A stretch of DNA of 64,000 bases from an uncultured delta proteobacterium (GCA_963727485.1 CAVSGM010000002.1:1696001-1760000); one strand, 5' to 3'. Positions 1 through 10,919 are shown, counted from the first letter of the stretch. The notes: generated by a model not told the origin, from the letters alone. Program-made: numbers and translations.

Positions 1-15
1 GCAAGGAACCTCCTC

Positions 16-597
16 ATGACCCAGACCCCCTCCCGCACCGCGCTGCTCCTCGCGCTCGCCCCCCTGGTCCTCGCCGCCGCCTGCCACAAGGCCCCGGCCA
101 CCGAGGCCACGGCCGCCAAGGCCGTCGCCAACACCGCGCCCGCCGAGCCCAAGGCCGCCGCCCCCGCCGCCAAGGCCGCCGCCGGGCAGCCCGCCGCCGG
201 GCAGCCCGCCGCGATGGTGACCACCAAGGCCGAGCTCCCCACCCTCACCCCCGCCGCCCTCGCCGCCGAGCTCAAGGGCGGGCACAAGCCGATGCTCATC
301 CACGTGGGCTTCGCCAAGCTCTACCAGCAGGCCCACATCCCCGGCTCCATCTACACCGGCGCCGGCATGACCCAGGGGGGCATCGCCAACCTGAAGGCCC
401 ACATGGCCAAGGTCGCCCACGACACCCCCATCGTCGTCTACTGCGGGTGCTGCCCCTGGAGCCACTGCCCCAACGTGCTGCCAGCGTACCAGGCGCTCCA
501 GCAGCTCGGCTTCACGAAGGTGAAGGTGCTCTACATCGCCAACAACTTCGGCGCCGACTGGGCCAGCCAGGGCTACCCCGTTGCCTCGGGGAGCTGA
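16..597 (+). CDS. Rhodanese-like domain lipoprotein
   Basis: Lipobox-like LAAAC, Ala/Pro linker, 'HIPGS' rhodanese motif and 'IVVYCGCCPW..CPN' active-site loop. Confidence 0.8.
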   Translation: MTQTPSRTALLLALAPLVLAAACHKAPATEATAAKAVANTAPAEPKAAAPAAKAAAGQPAAGQPAAMVTTKAELPTLTPAALAAELKGGHKPMLIHVGFAKLYQQAHIPGSIYTGAGMTQGGIANLKAHMAKVAHDTPIVVYCGCCPWSHCPNVLPAYQALQQLGFTKVKVLYIANNFGADWASQGYPVASGS

Positions 598-1138
598 CCG
601 GTCGCGGACGGCCCGGGCCGCCTCTCCGGTCCGGGCCGCGTGGGCCCGCCGCGTCGTCCCCTCGGCGCTCGCGGCGCTCCTCGCCTTCGGCGTCGCCGGC
701 TGCCACCCCGGCGGCGGCACCTCGGGTGACGCGGCGCCGGCGCTTGAGGTCCACGACCTCGCGGGCAAGCCGATCTCGCTGAAGGCGCTGCGCGGAAGGG
801 TGGTGCTCCTCGACTTCTGGGCCACCTGGTGCGAGCCCTGCCAGGAGGAGATGCCCCGCCTCGCGGCGCTGCAGAAGCAGGCGGGCCCCAAGGGCCTCCA
901 GATCGTCGGCCTGTCCCTGGACGACCAGGCGTCGACCGTGCGCGCGTTCCTCGCGGATCACCCGCTGCCCTACCCGGTGGCCATGGCCACCCCGGCCCTC
1001 GCCGAGCGCTACGGCAAGATCCTCGGCCTGCCGACCCTGATCGTCATCGACCGGAAGGGCCACCTGGTGAAGCGCCACGTGGGCACCCTGCCGGCGGCGC
1101 AGCTCAACGCCGAGGTCGACGCGCTCCTGGCCCGGTGA
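581..1138 (+). CDS. TlpA/ResA-family thiol-disulfide oxidoreductase (lipoprotein); true start probably near 640
   Basis: 'VVLLDFWATWCEPC' CxxC motif, cis-Pro 'GLPT', lipobox VAGC. Confidence 0.85.
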   Translation: MPRGADRSRTARAASPVRAAWARRVVPSALAALLAFGVAGCHPGGGTSGDAAPALEVHDLAGKPISLKALRGRVVLLDFWATWCEPCQEEMPRLAALQKQAGPKGLQIVGLSLDDQASTVRAFLADHPLPYPVAMATPALAERYGKILGLPTLIVIDRKGHLVKRHVGTLPAAQLNAEVDALLAR

Positions 1139-1184
1139 GCCCCGTGGCCGACCGCCGCCAGCTCGTCCGGCGTCGCATCCATTC

Positions 1185-1242
1185 TGGTACCCGATCATAC
1201 CCATTTCCGCCCGTCGGTTAAAATGGCTATAATTGGGTACCA
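1185..1242. promoter_or_regulatory. 22-bp imperfect inverted repeat overlapping the TATAAT -10 of the fic gene (putative operator)
   Basis: TGGTACCCGATCATACCCATTT (1185-1206) / AAATGGCTATAATTGGGTACCA (1221-1242), 3 mismatches; TATAAT at 1228-1233. Confidence 0.6.
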
Positions 1243-1244
1243 AA

Positions 1245-2303
1245 ATGGACACCCACCCCGATCTCCTGGCCAGGCTGGTCCTCACCCCCGAGATCCTGCG
1301 CCTCGTCGCCGCCGTCGACGAGTTCAAGGGCCGATGGCAGGCCCTGGGTCGGCTGACGCCCGACCGCTTCGGCACGCTCAAGCGCACCGCGACCATGGAG
1401 TCCGTCGGGTCGTCCACCCGGATCGAGGGCGCGAAGCTCACCGACCCCGAGGTGGACGCGCTCCTCCGCGGCCTCGACGTCCGGTCCTTCCGGTCCCGCG
1501 ACGAGGAGGAGGTCGCCGGGTACGCCGAGGCCATGGCGCTGGTCTTCGACCACTTCCCCGCGATGCCCCTCACCGAGAACCACCTGAAGCAGCTCCACGG
1601 CGTCCTCCTGAAGCACGCGCACCAGGACGCGCGACATCGTGGCCACTACAAGACCCACGAGAACCGGGTCGAGGCCTACGACGCCGAGGGCCGGAGCCTC
1701 GGGGTCATCTTCGAGACCGCGAGCCCCTTCGACACCCCGCGCCTCATGACCGAGCTGGTCGACTGGACCCGCGCCGCCCTCGACGACGGCGCCCATCACC
1801 CGCTGCTGGTCATCGCCGTGTTCGTGGTGCGCCTCCTCGCCATCCATCCTTTCGAAGATGGAAACGGCCGGCTCGCCCGCATCCTCACCACCCTGCTCCT
1901 GATGCGCAGCGGCTACGGCTACGTGCCCTACAGCTCGCTGGAGCGGATCATCGAGGACAACAAGGAGGGCTACTACCGGTCGCTGCGCAGCGCCCAACGC
2001 ACCCTCGACACCGGCGAGACGCGCCTCGGCGACTGGGTGGTCTTCCTCCTCGAGTGCCTGGCGCAGCAGACCCGGGTTCTCGAGCAGCGAATTGTCCGGG
2101 AGCGGCGCCTCGAGGAGACCGATCCCCTTGATTCCACCGTCCTCGAGCTGGTGCGGGACCGCAGCCGCCTCACCGTCGCCGACGTCGTGACCCTCACCGG
2201 CGCCAACCGGAACACCGTCAAGGCCCATCTTCGGCGCCTCGTCGCCGCAGGGCATCTCGTGCTCCACGGGCGGGGGCGCGGTGCCTGGTACGGACCCGGC
2301 TGA
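1245..2303 (+). CDS. Fic-family protein with C-terminal winged HTH
   Basis: Fic motif HPFEDGNGRLAR, N-terminal 'SSTRIEG', C-terminal HTH ending '..GRGAWY'. Confidence 0.92.
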   Translation: MDTHPDLLARLVLTPEILRLVAAVDEFKGRWQALGRLTPDRFGTLKRTATMESVGSSTRIEGAKLTDPEVDALLRGLDVRSFRSRDEEEVAGYAEAMALVFDHFPAMPLTENHLKQLHGVLLKHAHQDARHRGHYKTHENRVEAYDAEGRSLGVIFETASPFDTPRLMTELVDWTRAALDDGAHHPLLVIAVFVVRLLAIHPFEDGNGRLARILTTLLLMRSGYGYVPYSSLERIIEDNKEGYYRSLRSAQRTLDTGETRLGDWVVFLLECLAQQTRVLEQRIVRERRLEETDPLDSTVLELVRDRSRLTVADVVTLTGANRNTVKAHLRRLVAAGHLVLHGRGRGAWYGPG

Positions 2304-2322
2304 CCGGCGAGAGCGGGGCGCG

Positions 2323-2784
2323 CTACGGCGTCGCCCGAGGCGGCTCCGTCGCCGGCCGGGGCGGCGCCGGCACCAGCTCCGAGGTGCAGTGCGGGCACCG
2401 GGTCGCCTGGAGCGGGATCGGGGTGAAGCAGCGCGGGCAGTTCTTGGTCGTCGGCGCCGGCGCCGCCTCCTGGCGCTTGAGCCGGTTGAGCTGCCGGATC
2501 ACCAGGAAGATCGCGAAGGCGACGATCACGAAGTCGATCACCGTGTTGAGGAACACCCCGTAGTTGAGGGTGACCGCCGGCGCGGTGGCGGTGGCCCCAC
2601 GCAGGGTGACCGCCAGCTTCGCGAAGTCGACGTTCCCCAGCGCCAGGCCGATGGGCGGCATCACCACGTCGGCCACCAGCGAGCTGACGATCTTCCCGAA
2701 GGCGGCGCCGATGACGATGCCCACCGCCATGTCCACCACGTTCCCCCGCATCGCGAAGGCCTTGAACTCCTTGAGCATGCCCAT
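2323..2784 (-). CDS. mscL: Large-conductance mechanosensitive channel with C-terminal zinc-ribbon
   Basis: '[35 protein letters not shown]', '[11 protein letters not shown]', CPRC..CPHC tail. Confidence 0.95.
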   Translation of the reverse strand: MGMLKEFKAFAMRGNVVDMAVGIVIGAAFGKIVSSLVADVVMPPIGLALGNVDFAKLAVTLRGATATAPAVTLNYGVFLNTVIDFVIVAFAIFLVIRQLNRLKRQEAAPAPTTKNCPRCFTPIPLQATRCPHCTSELVPAPPRPATEPPRATP

Positions 2785-2864
2785 GACGTTCCCCCCGTGC
2801 GGCCAATCCCGGCCGGGGCTCGGAGGCCGAGCCGGCCCGAAGCTAGGCATCCGGGCCCCGGTGC

Positions 2865-3623
2865 TCAATCGTCGGGCGCCCAGGGATCGGCGAGCACCTC
2901 GCCGAGCTCGGCGTGCTCGGTCATCAGCCACGAGGCCCAGATCGCCGGGTCGTTGCAGAACCCCGCGGGCCCGAAGCACTCCGCCGCCTCCACCGCGTAG
3001 GCGGCGAGGGTGTCGCGCACCTTGGGCATCAGCCGGCCCCGCCGGTCGAGGAGCCGCTCGGGGAGGTCGTCGGCGAAGCGTGTCCAGAGGTCGTGGGCGG
3101 TCTCGAAGGCGTCCCGGGCGTCGGAGAGCCAGGTGGCGAGCTCGCCCTCGAAGCCGTCGAGGAAGCGCCCGAGGGGCCGGAGCTTGAGCCCCCGCACCGT
3201 GAGCCTCGGGGGCGAGGCGTGGAAGGCCTGGGCCAGGGTTCGCGGGGCGTACTCCCAAGGGAAGAGCGCCTCCGGGGGCGGGGGCTGGGGGCGGTCCCGG
3301 GGCAGGGGCGCGGCCTCCCGGACCGGCGACCCCGGGGGCGGCGGGAGGCGAACCTCGGTCTGTCCCGAGGGGTGGACGAAGAGCACCGGGGGCCCGTCGA
3401 AGACCACCGAGCCCAGGCGCAGCACCTTGGCCCGGGCCGCCAGCCAGCGGAGGGCCTCCGCCAGGGGCACGGGCGGATGGAAGTCCTTGGGGAAGATGAC
3501 GCCGTAGGCGGCCGAGGCGTCGGTCTCGTACCAGGCCTGGGTGGCGAGGCGGCCCTCGAGGTGCTCGGCGCGGGCCGGCGGTGGAGAGAACGGGGCGAAG
3601 GGGTTGTTGGGAGATCTGCGCAT
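2865..3623 (-). CDS. Hypothetical protein
   Basis: 252-aa ORF with GC3-biased codons and normal composition; family not recognised. Confidence 0.6.
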   Translation of the reverse strand: MRRSPNNPFAPFSPPPARAEHLEGRLATQAWYETDASAAYGVIFPKDFHPPVPLAEALRWLAARAKVLRLGSVVFDGPPVLFVHPSGQTEVRLPPPPGSPVREAAPLPRDRPQPPPPEALFPWEYAPRTLAQAFHASPPRLTVRGLKLRPLGRFLDGFEGELATWLSDARDAFETAHDLWTRFADDLPERLLDRRGRLMPKVRDTLAAYAVEAAECFGPAGFCNDPAIWASWLMTEHAELGEVLADPWAPDD

Positions 3624-3700
3624 GCCTTCCTAGCTATGCAGGTCTTCCAGGACACCCCGTATTGGCCGCCACCGGGGCCTGCCCGCCCCCCGCGCTCGCG

Positions 3701-4051
3701 TCAGTTGGGCAGCCCCGCCACCTCGAAGCGGCACCCCCGGGCGCAGAGGCAGAGGATGCGGGCGTGGGGGTCGACCACCGCGGTGACCCGGCCCGAGGCC
3801 CCCGGTCGCCCCGAGGGCGGGGGGTCCTTGCGGTGCATTGCCGCCGGCCAGCGGCTCGTCGCCGGGGCCAGGCCGCGGGCGATGTGGGGGACCGGGTGGG
3901 CCACCTCGCAGATCCGCGTCGACCGCGGGACCGTGAGCCGAAGCGTCACCGGCGTGGCGCGGTCGTTGACCAGGTGCACCCCGTCGACGAAGGGCGGGGG
4001 CGCCGGGAGGCCGGCGACGGCCAGGGCCACGATCAGGAGCCGGGGCATCAT
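3701..4051 (-). CDS. Small secreted hypothetical protein
   Basis: Signal-peptide-like N-terminus, Cys residues, fills the intergenic space. Confidence 0.45.
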   Translation of the reverse strand: MMPRLLIVALAVAGLPAPPPFVDGVHLVNDRATPVTLRLTVPRSTRICEVAHPVPHIARGLAPATSRWPAAMHRKDPPPSGRPGASGRVTAVVDPHARILCLCARGCRFEVAGLPN

Positions 4052-4255
4052 CGCCCGGAGACGCTAGCGGCCGGTCCCGCGGCCGGTCAAGGCGCCGCAG
4101 GCCGCGGGTCGAATCGCCTCCGGCGCAGGCACCTACGGAGAGATACGCCGGTAACCTTCTCGTCGGATTCGCGTACGCTCTCCCATCGCCCAGCGTGGTC
4201 TCCCAGGGATCACCTGCGTTCCGCAACTCTGTCCCGGAGCCCCTCTGTGCCGCGC

Positions 4256-5294
4256 GTGAGAATCCGCCGTCCTCCTCGTCCTGTTCACCAGCCTCCCGCT
4301 TCTCGCCGCCTGCGGCAGCCCGGCCCCGGCCAAGCCCTGCACCGTCAAGCAGAACCCCGACGGCTCGGCCACCATCACCTGCCCCGACGGCTCCCACGCC
4401 ACCGTGAAGAGCGGGACCGACGGCTCCTCCTGCTCGGTGACCGACAACGGGGACGGCACCAAGACCATCAGCTGCACCGACGGGACTACCGCCACCGTGT
4501 CCAACGGTACCAACGGCGCCGACGGCAGCTCCTGCTCGGTGACCGACAACGGCGACGGCACCAAGACCGTCGCCTGCCCCGACGGGACCACCGCCACCGT
4601 CGCCGACGGCCAGAACGGCGTCACCGGCCTGAGCCTGGTCCAGGGCCCCAATAGCGTGAGCTGCCCCGCTGGCAGCAAGGTCGCCAGCTTCGGCAGCGTC
4701 GCGGGCAGCGGCAAGATGAAGGTGAGCTTCCTCTTCCAGATCGAGGTCGACAACACCCTCTACAGCTCGGTCGACCAGCCGTCGGGTCCGCCGCCCGCGA
4801 GCGCCCCGGGGGCCCGCAGCCTCTTCGAGGTGATGGCCGGCGGTAGCAACGTCCTCTACGACACCGGCAAGGCCATCTGGACCACCAGCTCGCCGTTCAC
4901 CGCCACCGACGGGAGCTACAAGCTCACCTGGACCGAGGATCCCTCGGCCCCCAACACCGGCGGCGGCAACGTCGGCATGTACGCCTACGCCAGCGCCTCG
5001 GCCACCATCCCCGGCGGGAGCCAGGTCACCGGCACCGGCGGCCGCATCGGCATCATCAACGACAACGGGCCCTTCGACATCTACCAGCTCCAGGTCGACA
5101 CCCAGGTGCCGCTGGGCGACTCGTTGCGCCTCGGCCTCGGGAGCCCGTCGCTGCCTCCGGTGAAGGTGAGCTCGGATCTCACCCAGGTGACCCTGGACAC
5201 CTGGCCGTGCCCCAACCCCGACCCGGCCACCGGCCGCTGTGCCCCGGACTGGGCCACCGTGGACGTCTACGCCATCTGCGCCCAGACCCCATGA
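4256..5294 (+). CDS. Surface lipoprotein with Cys-containing 'SCSVTDNGDGTKT.C.DGT' repeats (1-nt frameshift just after the GTG start)
   Basis: The frame of ORF 4404 extends upstream as 'SAVLLVLFTSLPLLAAC' (lipobox) to a TGA at 4257; GTG at 4256 is out of frame by one base; three repeat units. Confidence 0.7.
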
Positions 5295-5389
5295 ACGAAG
5301 CGCCCACCCCCGTCCGGGGTGGGCGCTCCGCCGCCAGCGTCGGGGCGCGGGCCGGTGTGCTGCCGCCGGCCCGCGTCCGCCCGACGCCG

Positions 5390-6568
5390 CTACGGCCCCT
5401 GGTTCGGTCCACCGTTTGGTGCACCGGGCCCCCCCGGACCCCCGGGGCCGCCCCACCGGCCGTGGCCGAACCCGCGGTGACCCTGGCGACCGAAGTGGTG
5501 GCGGGGAAGGGAGACCGCCTTGCCATCCACGGTTGCCTGGCCACAGGTCGGGCCGAAGACCACGGTGTGGGTCTGTCCGTCGCTGAAGCTCGTGGTCACG
5601 GTCCCCGAGACCGGGCACCGGCCCTGGCGGGTCACCTTGTCGAGGGTGACCGTGCCGGTGGTGCCGTCGGGGCGGGTGACGTCGAGCTTGCCGTCGTAGG
5701 TGCGGGTGCCCGGCCGCTGGGTGCGGTCGATGGCAACCGTCGCCGTGCCTGCCACATGGCCACCACGCTGGGTGCCATCCGGCAGGGTGAAGGTGTGGGT
5801 GTCGTCCACGGTGATGGTCTTGGTGAGCTGCTGCGGCCGGAACGGGTGGGTGGAGGTGGTGTGCTTGGTGCCCTTGAAGGCCATGGACCCGCCGCGCTTG
5901 CCGGTGACGGTGATGTCGTAGGTGACCGTGGTGTCATGGGCGATGGGCGTCGTCGCCGAGCAGGTGGCGTCCTGGGCGGTGACCTGGCGGACGATGTCCA
6001 CGGTGCCGCTCGAGGTGCCGCCGCGCATCATCCCCGGGCCGCCGGGAGGCGGGCCCATGCCGCGCCCCTGGCCCATGCCGCCGCCCTGGCCCATGCCGCC
6101 GCGGCGGTGGTGCTTGCCGAAGGCGGGCGCCTGGCAGTCCGACCACTCAAAGTGCATCGTCGCCGGCACCTGCTTCCCGCAGACCTGGGCGTAGGTGATC
6201 TTGGGGTTGGAGTCGCACTTGAGGAGGTGGCGCCCCCCGGGGACCCCCCGGCTGTCGAGGACGTGGAAGATGCCCATGAGGCCGCCGGGCCCGCCGGGTC
6301 CGCCGCGACGGGCCATGGGACCGCGGGCGCCGGGGGCGCCGGGGGCGCCGGTGCCGGGCCCGCCGAGGGCGGCACCGTTCTGGGCGCTTCCGGGACCGAC
6401 GCCCTGGGCGCTCGCCGAGGAGGCGCCGCAGGCGGCGAGGAGGAGGAGGCCGGCCCCGAGGGCGAGGCCAGGGAGGATCACCCGGCCGCGGCGCGACCGG
6501 TCGCGCACCGTCCCGGTGGCGAGGGGCCGCGGGCCGCGAGCGCGGGGCGGGTTCGTGTGGTGGGTCAT
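5390..6568 (-). CDS. Gly/Pro-rich beta-strand-rich lipoprotein, divergent from a two-component system
   Basis: Lipobox LLAAC; GPGG/GGMG low-complexity segments; Thr/Val-rich beta repeats. Confidence 0.7.
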   Translation of the reverse strand: MTHHTNPPRARGPRPLATGTVRDRSRRGRVILPGLALGAGLLLLAACGASSASAQGVGPGSAQNGAALGGPGTGAPGAPGARGPMARRGGPGGPGGLMGIFHVLDSRGVPGGRHLLKCDSNPKITYAQVCGKQVPATMHFEWSDCQAPAFGKHHRRGGMGQGGGMGQGRGMGPPPGGPGMMRGGTSSGTVDIVRQVTAQDATCSATTPIAHDTTVTYDITVTGKRGGSMAFKGTKHTTSTHPFRPQQLTKTITVDDTHTFTLPDGTQRGGHVAGTATVAIDRTQRPGTRTYDGKLDVTRPDGTTGTVTLDKVTRQGRCPVSGTVTTSFSDGQTHTVVFGPTCGQATVDGKAVSLPRHHFGRQGHRGFGHGRWGGPGGPGGPGAPNGGPNQGP

Positions 6569-6633
6569 CTTCAGGCTCCTTTCGTGGCGACCGGGCTTCG
6601 GCCGCCTCGAGTGTCAGGTTGGATCCCCCGCCT

Positions 6634-6646
6634 TAAGAAGTTCTTA
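6634..6646. promoter_or_regulatory. AT-rich palindrome/direct repeat in the divergent promoter (putative response-regulator site)
   Basis: TAAGAA-G-TTCTTA; on the minus strand reads GTAAG-N6-TTAAG. Confidence 0.35.
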
Positions 6647-6688
6647 CGGGCAACCGGCCATGCTTCCTGGTACGAGGAGAACGACGCG

Positions 6689-7359
<671 letters not shown>

Positions 7360-7363
<4 letters not shown>

Positions 7364-8992
7364 AGCTCCGCCTCCGCCTCGCGATCACCGTCCTCGGCGT
7401 CGCCCTCCCGGTGATCGTGGCCATCGCCTGGCTCCACCGCCGCGCCGAGGAGACGGCGATGCGCGAGGGCCTCACCCAGCTCGCCGTCGCCGCCATGGAG
7501 AGCGGCCAGCGCGCCCGCTGCGAAGCGAGCCCCGCCACCTGGCACCTCGGCCCCCGGCGTCTCTTCGGCGCCGGCCGCGGCCCCGGCCCCGGCCTCCTCG
7601 GGGGCCTGCCGCCCGGTGGCCCGCCGCCCGGTGGCCCGCCGCCCGGTGGCCCGCCGCCCGGTGGCCCGCCGCCTGGCTCCCGCCGCCCGGGCCGCTTCTT
7701 CGGCCGCCATCCGCGCCCGGCGCGGCCCCGGGTCCCCTTTCGCCCCCGCCTCTTCGCCTACTCCGCGAGCCTCACCTCCGAGAACCCCCGGGCCCCGAAG
7801 CCTGCCCCCGCACTCGTCGCCGCCCTGGCCGCCGGCGAGCCCACCGCCGCCGGCTGGACCCGCATCCGCGGCCACCCGGTCTACGAGGTCCTGGTGCCCA
7901 TGAGCTGGCGCACCGGCCCCTGCGCCGTGATCCTCGCCGCCGCCCCGCGCCCCCGCCGGGCCCGCCCACTCCTCCCGCCGCTGGCGGTGTGGGGCCTGCC
8001 CACCCTGGCCGTCCTCCTCGCCGTCCTCCTCGCCGTGGGGCCGGTGGTCCGCCGCATCCGCCGCCTCACCCACGCGGTCAAGGGCAGCGCCGACGCCGGC
8101 TGGGACGGCACCATCCCCGTCCACGGCCGCGACGAGCTCGGCGAGCTCGCCCGGGCCTTCGAGGCCGCCGGCCGGGAGATCCGCGCCCGGATGGCCACCC
8201 AGGCCAAGCGCGAGCAGACCCTCCGGGACTTCCTCGCCAACACCACCCACGACGTGATGATCCCCCTGACCGTCCTCGAGGGGCACCTCGACGCCCTCTC
8301 AGCCACCGCCGCCTCAACCTCCGACCACCGCCACCGCCACCGCCACCGCCGAGACCATCCAGGCCGCCGCCGCCGAGGCCCAGTACATCGGCGCCCTGCT
8401 CCACAACCTCGCCGCCGCCGCCAAGCTCGAGGCCGGCGCCCCCGCCGTCGCCCGCCTGCCCCTCGACCTCGCCGAGCTCGTCGAGCGCGTCGCCGCCCGC
8501 TACCGCCCGGTGGCCCGGAACGCCGGCGTGGCGTTCGCCCACGCCGTCCCCGGCACCCCCGTCCCCATCGCCGGCGACGTGACCCTGGTGGAGCAGGCGG
8601 TCTCGAACCTCGTCTACAACGCCATCCGCCACAACGCCGCCGGCGGCCACGTCGCCCTCACCCTCGACGTCGAGGCGCCACCCGCCGCGGCCACCTTCGT
8701 CCTCCGGGTGGTCGACGACGGCCCCGGTCTCCCCGCCGGCGCCCGGGACCGCCTCTTCGAGCGCTGGGCCCGGGGCGACGGCGCCCGTACCCGCAATCCC
8801 GAGGGCCAGGGCCTCGGCCTCCACATCGCCTGGCAGGTCTGCCAGCGTCACGGCTTCACCCTCAGCCTCGCCGCCGCCGCCGCCGCCGCCGACGCCGACC
8901 GGGTCACGAACCGCGGCCTCGAGGCGACCGTCCGGGGTCCCCTCTCGCCTCCGGACGAGGGCTCCGGTGCCGATGCTGCAGAGGGTGACTGA
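7360..8992 (+). CDS. HAMP-domain sensor histidine kinase (frameshift near 8320-8350)
   Basis: Two TMs, HAMP 'DELGELARAF', H-box 'ANTTHDVMIPL'; HATPase 'NLVYNAIRHN..DDGPG..GQGLGL' in a second frame; shift lies in an (ACCGCC)n run. Confidence 0.85.
7608..7675 (+). repeat. 15-bp coding tandem repeat (PPGGP x~4) in the kinase sensor region
   Basis: CCGCCCGGTGGCCCG units. Confidence 0.8.
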
Positions 8993-9029
8993 GCCCTGGA
9001 GGTCGACCGGTTGGCCGGAGTCTGGCGCC

Positions 9030-9050
9030 TAATTCAGCAGTGCTGAATTA
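9030..9050. promoter_or_regulatory. Perfect 10-1-10 palindrome, putative TetR-type operator
   Basis: TAATTCAGCA-G-TGCTGAATTA upstream of the TetR-family gene. Confidence 0.7.
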
Positions 9051-9142
9051 CGCCCGCAAGGGGGTCGCCCCCGGGCGGGTCTGCCCCGGCGGTTCACCGA
9101 GCCGGGGCTGGAGCGTCAGACGCCCGTGCTAGGCAGGACCGC

Positions 9143-9991
9143 ATGTACCAGCGTCGTCGGGCAAGACTACACACGGACCCACGGATGCCCCGCCCGAAGT
9201 CCGTCGAGGCAGGTCCCGGTGGTGTGGCGCCAAGGGAGCAGGCGGGCCGGCGCGGCCGACCCCGGTCCGGCCAGGGCATCCACCGGTCCGAGCTCCTCGA
9301 AGTCGGGATCTTCCTCGCCGACACCGGGGGTCTGGAGTCGGCAACCACCCGTGCCGTGGCCAGGGCCACGGGGGTCGCGGGGAGGACCGTCTACCATCAC
9401 TTCCACGACCGGGAGACCCTGGTCGAGGCCATGGCGGACCGGGTGCTCGGGGAGGCGTTGGTGCCTGCGGCGGTGCTGGCGGCGGCGCTGGCCCGGGGCT
9501 GGCGGGCGGCGGTGAGCTCCGTGGCCCGGCAGACCTGGGAGACGTTGAACGCGCACGCCTGGGTTCTCTGCGGGTACGCGAGTGCCCGGCTCGGGCCCAA
9601 CGGGCTGCGTCACGTCGAGCAGCTCCTCGCCGCCCTGGCGCCGGGTGGGCTCACCGGGCGGGAACGGACGGAGGCGATGCTGCTGGTCGAGGAGTACGTG
9701 CTCGGGCAGGTGCTGCGCTCGGTGGGGGCGAGCCTGGGCGCGTCGGAGCACCACGGGGCCGGGGCGCCGTACCAGGCGTGGCTCCGGCGGCACCTGTCGG
9801 CCTCCACGCACCCCGAGCTGGTGGCGGTGCTCGGGGCGGCGCGGTGCGGTCTGCCGGAGGCGTGGGCGCGGACGTTTCCCGAGGGGCCCGACCACCGGCG
9901 CTTCGAGCGGGGGCTGGCGGTGCTGCTCGACGGGTTGGAAGCGCAGGCGCCCGCACCGGAGCGGGTGCGGGCGCCCGTCAGTCGACCTTGA
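9143..9991 (+). CDS. TetR/AcrR-family regulator with TetR_C domain (start may be 9185)
   Basis: HTH 'TTRAVARATGVAGRTVYHHFHDRETL'; 'LGPNGL', 'FERGLAVLLDG'. Confidence 0.85.
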   Translation: MYQRRRARLHTDPRMPRPKSVEAGPGGVAPREQAGRRGRPRSGQGIHRSELLEVGIFLADTGGLESATTRAVARATGVAGRTVYHHFHDRETLVEAMADRVLGEALVPAAVLAAALARGWRAAVSSVARQTWETLNAHAWVLCGYASARLGPNGLRHVEQLLAALAPGGLTGRERTEAMLLVEEYVLGQVLRSVGASLGASEHHGAGAPYQAWLRRHLSASTHPELVAVLGAARCGLPEAWARTFPEGPDHRRFERGLAVLLDGLEAQAPAPERVRAPVSRP

Positions 9992-10001
9992 TCCCCAGGT
10001 C

Positions 10002-10331
10002 CTACGCGCGGCCCTCGAGGTGGGCCTCGAGCATCCACAGGTCCTTGTCGGCGCCGCGGACAATCTCGGTGAACAGGTCCGAGGTCGCGGCGACGCCGCC
10101 GAGCTGCACCGCCCGCTCGGCGAGGCCGTCGGCCCAGTCGCCGGCGTGGTCGTAGACCTCGTCGAAGAGGCCGTGGAGGGAGAAGAAGCCGGGGCCCTTC
10201 ACGTTCCAGTGGGCCTGCTTGGCGAGCAGGGTCAGGTGCACCGCCGAGGCCAGGTGGCCGCCGATGAGCTCCACCATGCTGGAGCGGATGGCGTCGGGCA
10301 GATCGTTCTTGGTCGGATGGCTCTTCATCAT
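10002..10331 (-). pseudogene. dps: Dps/DNA-protection ferritin with an apparent in-frame internal deletion
   Basis: 'KQAHWNVKGPGFFSLHGLFDE', 'AERAVQLGG' joined directly to the C-terminal 'DLFTEIVRGADKDLWMLEAHL'; only 109 aa. Confidence 0.75.
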
Positions 10332-10865
10332 GCACCTCCCAGGGTGTCCTCCCCGCGATGCCACTCGCAGGGGGTCAGGTCTCCGGACTGGAAGCCGTCA
10401 AGGATCGCTTAGGGTCTCCTCGACGCTCCGGCCCACATCCAGATCGTTCACGGACACGTGGCGGATGATCCCCTCGGGATCGACCAGGAAGGTCGCCCGG
10501 AGGGCCACCCCGTCGGGGTGGAGGATCCCCAGGGCCTGCGTCAGCTCGCGCCGGGTGTCGGCGAGCATGGGGAAGGGCAGGTCCTTGAGGTCGGGGTGCC
10601 GCTCGCGCCAGGCGAGGTGCACGTAGTGGGTGTCGATGCTGGCGCCGAGGACCTCGCAGCCGCGCTCCCGGAACTCGGCGTAGCGCCGGCCGAAGGCGGC
10701 GATCTCGGTGGGGCAGACGAAGGTGAAGTCCATGGGCCAGAAGAACACCACCTGCCACTTGCCCGGGTGGCTCTCGCGGGTGATCTCGGCGAACTCCGCG
10801 CCGGGCTCGGTGCTCACCGTGGCGGTGAGGGTGAAGTCGGGGAATCGGTCTCCAACGGTCAACAT
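10328..10865 (-). CDS. ahpC: Alkyl hydroperoxide reductase C (2-Cys peroxiredoxin); 1-nt frameshift near 10410
   Basis: 'FFWPMDFTFVCPTEI'; the shifted frame continues 'AILDGFQSGDLTPCEWHRGEDTLGGA*' and ends in an ATGA overlap with dps. Confidence 0.9.
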
Positions 10866-10919
10866 CTCGTAGCTCCTTGTCGCTGGGGTTTGGGTTTCAG
10901 GTGTGGATGACTTCCATAA

